Below are positions 13,501-25,500 of a DNA stretch of 64,000 nucleotides, one piece after another. Source of the DNA: Callorhinchus milii (Eukaryota); assembly GCF_018977255.1 (NCBI RefSeq), contig NW_024704742.1:42224001-42288000 (forward strand), given 5' to 3'. Below the pieces are notes generated by a model. It searched no databases and was not told the origin of the DNA. It worked only from the letters and a program-made list of their open reading frames with translations. Position 1 is the first letter of the stretch, and each line of letters begins with the position of its first letter. The translations under genes and the position numbers were made by a program.

Positions 13501-16500
13501 TCCCTTTAGACGGTCCCTTGCTTAGTCTTCCAGTAGCTGAATCTGTTGCATGTGCTCTTTTAGCTACCTAGCCAAATCCTTAAGTCTCCATGCTTCCTAA
13601 GCCTGCTATACAGTTGCCAATATGATGGGGTTCCTTTTATTCTCATTTTACTTTCTTGACACTCCCCCACCTAGGGACTTTTTTTTAATATTGATGTGTT
13701 CCCCAGTCTTCTTTGTTTGACTGGGGAACTTTCATGTATATTACACACATGTATGTACACATACACACAGATGTGGGAATACCAATATTTGAAACTGGAA
13801 GAAAGAGCAGGTGCTGCCCTTGGTTCACAGTTTTCCTCTCTAGTGGTTCGGAAAGGGCAAGGGGAGCTACTGGCCCTGCGATAGTTGCAACAAGTCAGTT
13901 TGATGCTTGAACAATCCTGTGGGTTTGAAACACACAAATATGTAGTGGTGGGCAAATTGAAATAAGGGTTTGCAGCCCTGAAAACAGGTAGAAATTCATG
14001 CTCGCCCAATCTCTTCAATCCTCTGACCTGCTCTGAGGCCTCTGCTATGGTTCTCTGAACCAGACACTTGATTGCACTGCTAGTTATCTGCCCTTTGCAT
14101 CTCCACGTTCGCCTCTGCTTTTTCCTTCTACAGGCTGAGATTGGAAACTTGCCCTTTAGTGAATCAACCTGTCACCGTAGAATTATAATTTCATAGAAAT
14201 TGACAAGATAGAAGAAGGCCGTTTGGCCCATTGTGTCTGTGCTGGCTACTTCAAGAGCAATCCTTTCAGTCCCATTTACTTACTTTTCCCCCATACTTCT
14301 GTAATTGACTCCTTTTACATATTTATCTAGTTCCCTTTTGAAAGCCAATCTGGATTTTTCCTCAATCCCCAATCCCGGTAGGGTGTTCCATATCCTAACT
14401 TCTCTGTATGTGAAAAAAAATCTCCTAACCTCCCCATTCGCTCATTTGCTAACTATCTTAAATTGATGCCCTCTTGTCACTGACTCCCTGTCCAGTGGAA
14501 ATAATTTCTGCCGATCAAAATCCATCAGAATTATAATGACCTCTATCAGATCACCTCTCAACCATCGTTATTCCAACAGAAAAAGTCCCAGTTCCTCTAG
14601 TCTCTCTTTTATCAACTCCTCTATTTCCTTGACATCCTTCCTAAAGTTGGTTGACCAATACTGCACGCAATATTCTTACTGTTCTCTAACTAATAATTTC
14701 TATCCATTTAGCATTACCTCTTTGCTTTTGTATTCTATACCCCTATTTACAAAACCTACACAACCTTTGAGGCTCATTTTCTGGTGACAAAATGGCAGAA
14801 TCGCTTCTGTTTTCCTGAGGAGGGCTTTCTCATCCCTACTGTGATAGGAGTTTACCAGATGCGTTGTTACAGAAAGAAGAGGCACTGACCAGGGCTGGGA
14901 GTATTCAGTCACTTTGAATTCCAAAAACTGATTCAAAAGATGAATGGTTGCCAAAAAGTTCCACCTTTAAAGAATTTTTTAAACATTGCAGGGGGTTGGT
15001 GGGGGGAGGTTGGGGTGTATGAAAATGATCCATCTTCATATTTTTGGCAACAGTGTAGCTGTGCTAGTGAAGTGTAATTCTGTTACTGCTCTAGCTAATG
15101 AAGATTAGATTGTTCCCAGCAGACAATTTGATCTGAATAGACCAGCTAATCTTCATGTCCATTAATAAACGATGATGTGTGGTGTGTGTGTTGTGTGAAT
15201 ATGAGTAGTGCATATCACTAATATGCTTGTGTGCCGGTATGAATGCAGAATGAGCATATTCTGACCTAACACAGAGTGGAGCTGCACTAAGAGTAAATCC
15301 CTAAGTACGGTCGAGATTGATTGCAGGAACTGTTTTGACTGTTTTTCAAGTTTTAAGCCTTGGTTTCCCAGAGTATTTGACAAATATGTCAAGTGAATGA
15401 AATATTTAACGTGTCCAACAGCAGGCTGCAGGCATTTTTTTTATAGCCAGAGGCAGTCCGAGTGAATACTGAAGCTCTTTTGATGTGCTTTGGTACAAAA
15501 TCCATGAAGTGGCCTCCCTTGTGTTTACCATCATTAGCTGTAAACACCCATTGCTCATGTACAATGTAAGGTTCTTGAAAGTGGTGCCACAGTCCAGTGC
15601 CTTTAGGGTTATAGATCAGGCAATAATTAAGGGTTTATTCCCAGATATCCCACACCAGCAGGGAACACTTGCCTGGCACTCTGTAACTTGTCGCTGGGAG
15701 TTGTCAAGAACCTTGCCTGACAGACAAGTGTTGCCCAGTGTTCAGTGCATCTTCACAATCGTACTGTACACAGGTGGGGTCGGATCCAGGTTAGTGCAGT
15801 ATTGCATTGTCTAAGTGCTTCCTAGTGAAAGTTATTTGAGCCAAGGATCTCTTCTATTCAGCCAAATTGACAACTGCTGCCCTGCAAGAATCTTAACACA
15901 AGTTTGGATTGGCTTCTTTGCTTTCCTGACTATAAATGCAATCGCTTTCTCTTTCTTTTTCTCTATCTTCCTCTCTCTCTGTCCCTTCTGCACTTTACTT
16001 TTTGCAGGAATTCACCATTTTGGCTGTAAGTACAACTGAGATCTTTATTCCCCACCTCTGGCACTGATTTCTCTTTCCCTCCAGTTGTTTTTCCCCTATA
16101 TGTACTGAGCTTGATCCTTCACCCATCATTCCTCACCTCTTCTCCTGGCAGTTCTCAACAAATCATCCAAGCCTCAGTAACAGTACCCCTACCCACCCCA
16201 GTACCATTCACGTGACCTCTCCCTGTTTTGTTAGCAGTGATACCAAGCACCAAGCTGGGGCACTTGATCTTAGAAAGAACTTCTCTTTCATTTAGGCATG
16301 TTTACTGCTTGTGTGTAGGGTACATTCTCAGTAGCTGTTACACTGTCCATTGTTACTGAGTCTGAAAAGCAATGTTTTGGCTGTGAATACCAGTGCTTTA
16401 GTACCCTTGACCCCTAATGCTACACCCTCTACCATTTAAATGCTGTGCCTTCTTTCCCGTAATATTTCCCCTCACACTTTTACCTGGCCTAGCTGATGCG

Positions 16501-19500
16501 GTTCTGGGACTCAGCGGGATTTTTCGTTGTGCTTGATCTAACCATGTGGTTGCAAGGTACGAATAAAACATGGTTCTGTCAAGCACCATGGAACGTCACG
16601 TAGCCTTCTACAGCATGCTCTCATCTACAGCAAATTCAGTAGATATATTTAGAGCGAGCCTGTCAAAGGCCACCAAGACTTGGGATGGTAGTATTGCAGG
16701 TGGAAGACGTTAGAGCCAGGAACTGTTTTATTGCATCTGTATTGAGGTCACAGCTGATTGAATTTCTCCAATAAAAAAACAATGGATAAAAATGATAGAC
16801 GAGGTATGGAGTGGAAAGGCAGGTGAGGGGGATGAATGCAATGAGTTTACCAGATGCCGTTATAGAAAGGAGAGGCACTGACACAGGGTTGGAAGTGTTC
16901 AGTCGCTTTGAATTCCAGTCACTGATTCAAAAGAATGGCTCAGGTGGGAGCAGTAAATTGAATTAGATAAGGCTTAGTAACACATGATTGCACTGGTTAC
17001 AGGAGAGTGGGAAGATTGCTAGCTTTGTAGTAGACAGTTGCATTAGAAGGTGTCTGCATTGAAAGGTCAGATTGTAAATGTTACCTCTACTCTTCCAGAC
17101 CCTGGCTTTACCTTTGTCATAAAGTTCAAGATCTAGGTGCTTAGGTCTTGAAGTTTTGCTATCTGTGTGGTTTTAATTAAAGTTCACCCTGAGATTCTCC
17201 TGCCCTGACATTTTGTTCAATTCCCTTGTACATTTCCACTTCTCTTACGGTGTGGGCTTTTTTTTCAATGTGCTTACTGAATAATATCTGCATTCTGACT
17301 GGACTCATCTGCAGGCACAGAGGATTACAGATCCAAGCTCAGCGGAGATTGCTTCATGGATCTTGCTTGCCCTGAGAAGTGTCGTTGTGAAGGAACCACT
17401 GTGGACTGCTCCAATCAAAGACTCACCAAATTCCCTGACCACATCCCTCAGTACACCGCTGAGCTGTAAGTTAACACAGCAGGGCTTGCTTCTTTACACA
17501 TGCACTCACACACACAACAGACACTCTCTCTCATCTGCATTTTGGCAACAAAACAAAGAAATTTAAAATTCATTTAGAAAACAGCTACAGGCAATATCCC
17601 AGCTTCCCTTCCAGCTGAAAGAAGCAAATGCACTCAGGGGAGAAGGGCTGTTGGATGCACATGATGACCAGAAAAGAAAGCAGGGGGAGAAACACTTAGG
17701 CTCCTGTTAGAAAGCATTGATGCCTACAGTGTGCTGGTCCATCACTCTACAAAACCTGATTCAGACAGTAACAAGCTCATCACGTTTAACTGGGTGGGTT
17801 TTCTTTCTGTTTGGCTGCTTTGGAGATGAACCTTGAACCCATATGTTACAAAAGATTAGTGAAGCAACCGCGAAGTATGAGCCACTAACTACATTAGTTC
17901 ATACTTTTGTGGGACATTGCTGTGCGCAATTGGCTGCCGCGTTCGCCCACAAATATACAGTCAATTCACTTTACAGTGTGTTCTGTGAAGCGCTTTGGGA
18001 CGTCCTCCCGACGTGAAAAGCGCTATATCAAATGCAAGGGTTATTATTATTATTATTATTATATTACTTGTAGTCCCGGTAAATACCAGTCAAACGCAAG
18101 GTTTATAATTATGAACTGATATATCGAGCGAGGTTGAGATGTCACGTTGCTAGATAAGGCAATACTGGAGGTTGACCCATATGAGGGAGAAATTCAACCT
18201 AGATTTATGTAACATTTTAGAGCATCCCTAATTTGGCAATTTTTTTAAATACAGTGCAGTCCTGTTACAGTATGCTTCTCTATAGTGTGACTGGCTTATA
18301 CCGGAGATGCACTGTGGATTCCATGCATTGTTCATGAGCGTACCCACAGCTCTCTCATTTCCTATGCATCAGCCAGCTTTTCACACTAAAATAACCGGCT
18401 TCCAATTCATTAAGACGCCTTCTGGGTCACTTCTTGCTTTGCTGCACGTGCACAAAACAGGAAGTGGTATCAATCACTCCCTACTGACTCCAAAGTCAAC
18501 CATTTTAGCTCTCCGAAAGCACTCACGAAAACGGCCAACTTCCAGGTCATCAGAATTGCCATTAACACTACTTCGCAACTTGTCCATATACACAAAAAAA
18601 CAGGAAATGACATTGCATTGATCAACCAACCTGGGAGCTGTCTATTTGTTTCTTTTCAGCGCTCTCTCTACGTGACGACCGATTGTGCACGTAAACAGTC
18701 AAATCCACTATCACACCTCACTATAAGTCAGGAGATGATTTTATGGATCCAAACAACATGTTTTAACAAGGATACAGAGCACAGTTTTAATTTTGTAGCT
18801 GGTTTTCTGTAAGTTCTTTTAAGAAAATACAGAAAACCAAAATGGAAGTTGAGACTGAATTTAGCAATTTGCCGAATTTAGCAGCTCTGAAATCTGTAAA
18901 GGTGTAGAGTAAACAGTGCTATGTTTCAGAGTAAAGGTATTAGTTCTGTATATCAGAAGGACTCAGTCTAACATTCCAATATAAAGATAATGTGATAAAA
19001 CTCACTCCCTTAAATCACAGTGTGATGATTCAACCCTTGTTCACAAAGTGGATTGTTTCACATTCTTGCATTTGCCAGTAACGTTAAACAGTTTGGTTCT
19101 GAAAGCACAAGACGTGTGACCCTTCAGTTAATGGTCAATCAACATGGTTGAGTCCTGTGTTTATAAGTATAGGTGGTATGATTTAGAGATACACTCAATG
19201 GTGGTACAAACCCACAGGCAGTAAGTCTGCATCTGGTTTAGAATGTATCTTCCGTTAGTAATAAAACTGAGTGGATTTAGAATTATTGTAAGTGTCACTC
19301 TCGCAGTACAGTATTATCTGAGAATACTTTGAAGTGATTTTTTTTCAAGATGAACTTCATTAAAGCTACCGCGAGAAAGACTACGCTAGCTGTAGGAGAT
19401 CTCAGTGGTTGCCTGACTGAGTAAAAACACTACTTTCTTCTGAATGACGTTTCCTAATTTTTTTTTCTTTTTTTTTTCTCTTGAATACTTCAGGCGCCTC

Positions 19501-22500
19501 AACAACAATGAATTTACAGTGCTGGAAGCCACTGGGATCTTCAAGAAACTCCCTCAGCTCCGCAAAATGTGAGTACAACTTGAGCTTCAAGGTGCGATTC
19601 CTTCTGAGCCTACAGCAACTCCTGCGTGTCATGCACCTCTGTTAGCCAGATTTTCTAAAGTCATTATTTAAGGCTATGCACAATTAAGCAAGTGACCTGT
19701 AATGTGCCTTTGGCACAGCTGCTGAGGCAGAGTGGAGTTGGCAGCTTGTTCCTCTGTGGACTTAGCTGTTGCCAAATAAGCAGCTCTCGGCGAGTGGATC
19801 ACTGGCATCTCCCACTCCTTCATTTGGACAGTTGGCTTCTTCTGCCGCCACAGCAGGGCTCTGCTGGCCACTATCGCCCTACAGCAATTGCGGTAATCTC
19901 ATTCAGCATCCTGCCGTCCTCCTCAAATCACTGCTTTGGCTTCATCCGAAGCTGCACCAATGCGTACCTCGGGTTTTTTCAAATGGCGATGCTTTCATTG
20001 AGAGGAATGGTAAAAAGAATTCACTTAACAATTGTTGTTACCACCTGTCTGAAACTTGTATTTCAACATTTAAATACCAATAACTTCTCAGGAGGCTGTG
20101 CTATTAAAGTATGAGGGCTTGAAAGTTAAAGTTCACTTCCCGAGTGAGCCAATAAAAGCAGGTCATGGGGCAAGGGAAATGTCTTGACAGCTCTTTCCCT
20201 GATCCGTATCCACTAAAGCAAGCCCATGGACTCTAATTAGGAAATTAAGCACTATAGACTAGGTGCCAGCACAGGGAACAAGAGTGAAATGTAAATGTTG
20301 TCTGACAATAACGGTGGCATTTAACCAAATGTTGTTATACACTGCATGTAAATCAATGTAAGCACTGTCCACTTATCAATAGTACTGACTGACTCATTTG
20401 TGATGCAGTGGCTTGCTACATTAATTAGTTGTTTCACTGAAGTTTGGTATTTAACTAGAAAATCACTGATTCACTGCTCTTTTCAGACACGTTCCTCCCT
20501 CCCATTGTTCAAGGCACGTCGCTAAATGTAGCTCTTGGACCGCGCTTTCAGTTATCTTTCCGCTAATCACCCCCTTCCCTCAGCTTGGGTACCCAGCCAG
20601 CATTGTCAAGTGCTTTGAGACATCCTCCTGACAGGCTATATAAATGTAATTTGTATTATAAGTTTCATATCACATTTCCATAACAATATTTTCAGTTTTC
20701 AGGGGCTATGGGGAAGTGTATGGTTCACAACAGTGGGAACCCCGGGAGATGATCCCTATTTATCAAATAAACATGGGGTTGTGGGGGTTAATTGCAGGTA
20801 CAGACCAGAAAAAATCATTGCAGTCCATCCTACCATTCCCTAAGTTTTTTTTAAAAAAGCCTCTGTTGCTTATGTGATTCCAATTTCCCAGTTTCTTTGC
20901 CAAATAGCTATCTATTCCCTCTAGAATTTGCTGACCCAGTGTGCCTTCATGGATAATCTATTCCACATATTACCCCGTTTCTGCATAGTTAAATCTAACT
21001 GTCCCTTCACCTTCCCTCTTCACAGCTTGGGCTCCATGGCCTTTTGTAAACATGTTATTTCAGACACAGTGTCTCTTCATTGGCAAATGCTACCCCACAC
21101 TGCTGGTCATTTTTCATGCAATAAGCCTGGATGGTGAGTGTTGGTGTATGTTGGTGGGGGTTTCAGACCTGAGCTCACCCTGCTCTCACCTAGCATCCTC
21201 AGCACTGGATAGCTGGTAGTTTTCTTTCTTCTATCCTTCTCAGCCCAAGGATAGGATGCCACAAGCTAACATCAGCCCCAGATGCTTATTAGATTTCAGC
21301 CTGATTTGGGACTCTGGGATTACAATCTAGGCTGACACTTCAATTGCAATGCTGGGGCATCACTGCATTGTTGGAGGTGCTGTCCTTCAGATGATACACT
21401 AAACTAAGTCAACTGTTTACCTGTTCAGGTGGGCGTTAAAGATCCTGTGGCACTATTTGAAAAAGAGGGGAGTTTTTCCTGGTGTTCTGACCCAAAATCT
21501 TCCAGATAAAAATCAGTCATTCACCTCACAGCTGATTGTGGGTCATTGCTGTGTACAAATTGCCTGCCGCATTTGCTTACAAATACACTTTTACAGTCAT
21601 TACACTTTACAGTAAAACCTGTGATTCACTTTGAGATGTTTCACAGATATGATAAATCTCTGTAGCAAATGCAAGAGTTATTATTAACATGACTGCTCTA
21701 TAAGGATCATCACTATAACATTAGTGCACTTACACATCGATCCCTGAGAGAGGGGTTATGGTTTATATTGTATTATGAAACAATAGCAGCATTCTCTTTT
21801 CTGCGAGTATGTCAGAGTAAAAAGTATCTCCCCTGAATTAGCCACTGATGTGAACAAACAAGGCTTATGGTCGTATTTAAATTACCAGAACTTTCAATAA
21901 TTCATTAACTTTAAATTCAATAATAATAACCCTTGCATTTAATATAGCGCCTTATCACGTCTTTGAAATGTCTCAAAGTGCTTCACAGAGTATACTGTAA
22001 AGTGAATTGATTGTATACTTTGTGGGTGAAATGCGGCAACCAGCTACGCACAGCAGTGTCTCACAAACAGTCGTGGAATGAGTGACCAAAAATTTTTTTA
22101 AGACACTATTACCCCCACAAGAGCGATCCACCAATCCACCAACGACCGACTTCCTACTTACTGCTAGGTAAACAGAGGTGTTTGGAGTTAGGAAACTTAC
22201 CAACATTTTGCCCTGCACGGGAATCAACTACAGGCCCTCTGTTGTGAGATGAGTGCTCCACTAAGGAGTGCGAGCTCCACTAAGCTATGTGACTCCACTG
22301 CAAGAATTCATTCACTTCAATTGGTCATTCACCTCTTGGCTGTTTGAGGGATATTGCTGTATCCAAACTGGTTGATAATATTACCTACAAATACAGAGTC
22401 ACGAAACAGTACTGTAAATCCTGTGAAGAGCTTTGAGATGTCCTCCCAATGTGAAAAGCACTATATCCAATTCAAGGATTATTATTATTAATAATAATAA

Positions 22501-25500
22501 TAATAATAGCCAGACAACACTGAGTAAATCTTACTCTTGGTCCCAGGGAATAAGGTTGAACATGTTGTATATGGATGGGGGTTGGGGGGGAGAACTGCAT
22601 CACTGTAAATATTATTTATTGTGTTATCTGATTGTCTTTAGTACATTTTAATTGGACCTTCTAAAACCCTTGCGTTACATACTGCTGACACTCCTAACTT
22701 TAAGCCGCTTGTTTTACATCTGCACATGAGCCAACACTTACATGTGGGCGGTTGATATAATTCAGGCCTGATTTTGCAAGTGTGCTTTCAATTACAGGTA
22801 ATAACTTTCTGATTTTTCCCTCCATTCCCTTGTTCCTTTTTAGAAATTTAAGCAATAATAAGATCACAGACATCGAGGAGGGGGTCTTTGAGGGAGCTAC
22901 AGGTGTTAATGAAGTACTGTTGACTGGCAACCGTCTGGAAACTGTCCATCTCAAAATGTTCAAAGGACTGGATAGTCTTAAAACTCTGTGAGTAAAACAG
23001 TAAAATTGTGTCTCTAATTTTCCATTGAGTGAAGGACTGTGGGCCAGAGCTTCAATACCTCTCACTATGGGGTTCTAACACACAATATTTGCTGAAGCTA
23101 GCAAATGTTCGTTTAATGCTAACTATGGGATTTTCCATTACCTGTGGAGCTCTCTCCGGAGGTTTTTTTCAGGCTATTGACTTGCTTGATGCCATGAGAA
23201 GGTTCTCAGGCTGGATTGTTGCCATTAGCCCCTATGTATCATTTTTCTCTGAATGTTTAGATTATTTGCACTAAGTTTTTAAATATCTCGGAAGGATTTC
23301 TCAATGTGCTTCATGCAGCCATCTGGGAGCTGAGGGGGGAGGTGGCAGAAAGAATGGCCGAAAAGATAGGTCTTAAGGGAGGTTTTGAAGGTGTGGAGAG
23401 AGGGGGCCACCGATGTTTGGGTGGAGAAAGTGGAGGATGTGAAACAGACTGGTGTTCGCTAAGCGAAGGGAGCAGCCAGGGAAACATAATTGCAGGAAGT
23501 TGCAGAGGTAGGATGGGGCGAGGCCATGGAGGGATTTGACTGTGAGGATTAGGATCTTGAATTTCATCCATTGAGGAATGGGGAGCTCTTCAAGCTAAGC
23601 GAGGATGGGAATGATGGACTAGCGCAGTATGGTGTGGGAGAGGACACGGGCTACAGAGTTCTGAATGGTCTACAGCTTGTGTAGAGAAAAGCTGTGGACT
23701 CAGTGAGCAGTGCATTGGAGTCATTTAACCTGGACATTCTAGATCGGGGTTTCTATAGTAAAAAGTTGATCTGGCTAAGGCAAGGGCACAACAGTAGACT
23801 TTGATGTGCTCCAGCCAGATCTAGTAAATGACTGTGTGGCCAGATTTAAGGGAGAGGAACTTGTCAAGGAATTTATGTTGATGATGGTGCATCTTTGAGA
23901 TGAAACACCCTAATGCTTTGAATTCCATGGAGGAGTTCCAAATGGATCGTGCAATGTGTGACTGGCTGAGTGAGAATTTAGTGGGATGTTGGCCTAGACC
24001 AATCTGTACCAACAGTGATTCTGTGCACTGAAGAAGATGTTCATTGCCTGTGAACAGCCATAGAATCCAAACAAACAGTGTCGAGATCTTTGAGACGGCC
24101 TCCCAACATGATAGACCCTATATGAATGTAAATTGTATTGTATGAAATCCACCACTCCAAATCTTCATCCTGCTTCCATTTACACTCAGTAACATTTTCA
24201 CACACATAATGTTCACCCCTAAACTATTTCCTGCACATTCTCATGGGGATGAAATGAGCAAAATATTTCATTGGAAGTGGTTTCAAAGGCAGGGCCATGG
24301 AAGTACTGAAGCTGAATTGCAGGCTGTTCAGTAATAAATTCTTCGGAAATAGTAAGCACTGCTAATGCCTCCCTCCATTTTCATTGTTATTAAAAATCCA
24401 ACTCCTGTGCATTTGGTGGATGTAAAGGAACGGGATTCTGTTACAGTCAACACATGCCATGATGGATTGTATACAGGACTGTAGAAATTGGGCATTGCAC
24501 AGAAATTGCCGACAGTTTGTTCTGGGGTGGGCAATCATCATCAAAATCCCATTCAGATCACATTAAACAGTTTCTCAGATGTTGGCCCACACACTTCACA
24601 GTTTGATCCAAGCCAATGATGCTCAGAACCAACGTATTCCTATAAATACATTCACCTGCAGCAGGTTCCTCAATAAACCCGATTTTTTTTTAACAGCTTT
24701 GAAATGCTGCTTGGTTAGAAACACAAGAAAAAAGAAGGGGATGACAATTGGTCTCAGTGACTCTAGGTTAGGGAGGAAAACATCTGTTTCTGTTCCTGAT
24801 CTCTATGCATTGCTTTCCGTCCCCTCCTCCCCCACTAGATAGTCCACATATGAGTACGCAAGGACAGGTTAAAGTTCTTCTGGGTTCTACCCCTTACAGT
24901 TATTCTGTCTACAGACAGTCACAGGCTTGAATCACCAATGGAAAGCTTGGGCAATTTCATGGAGTGTTTTGGCAGTTGTGGAATTTTTACTTTCGTCCCC
25001 ATCGTCAAGAGAGGAGAGGAAGGGAGGAAAATGCCACACAAAAATAGGAAACACAAAAATACAAATTTAACAATCAAGCCTTCCCTCAGTAGTGCTGGAA
25101 TTTTTAACACTGAAGAAGGATTTGTTCCATTTGAAGCCTCTGCTGGCTGGTTGCTAGGAGTCGTTCAATTTTGCTGCGCTGAGCATGTTTCTTCAAATTC
25201 AAAATCTGCAAAATTGTTATCATTGGCTTTACAAATGTCACCATCATTAATCTATCAATATTCCTGCATGTAGTTTGATTCCGAGATATAAAACTGAAGG
25301 TCAGAGTATTCAGCGAAACCTTTCAGTTCTGTGTGCTGATAAAGTGGTGGATTTGCAATGTGCCAGCTGGATATTTGGACTATTATAACAGCTGCACTAC
25401 AGGAAGGAGCTGGCATTAAGGAATTGGTTCCCCTGGTGTGAAATGTAAATATTACCATATACCAGCATCATCTGTTTTATCTTTTATAGAACTAGTGGCT

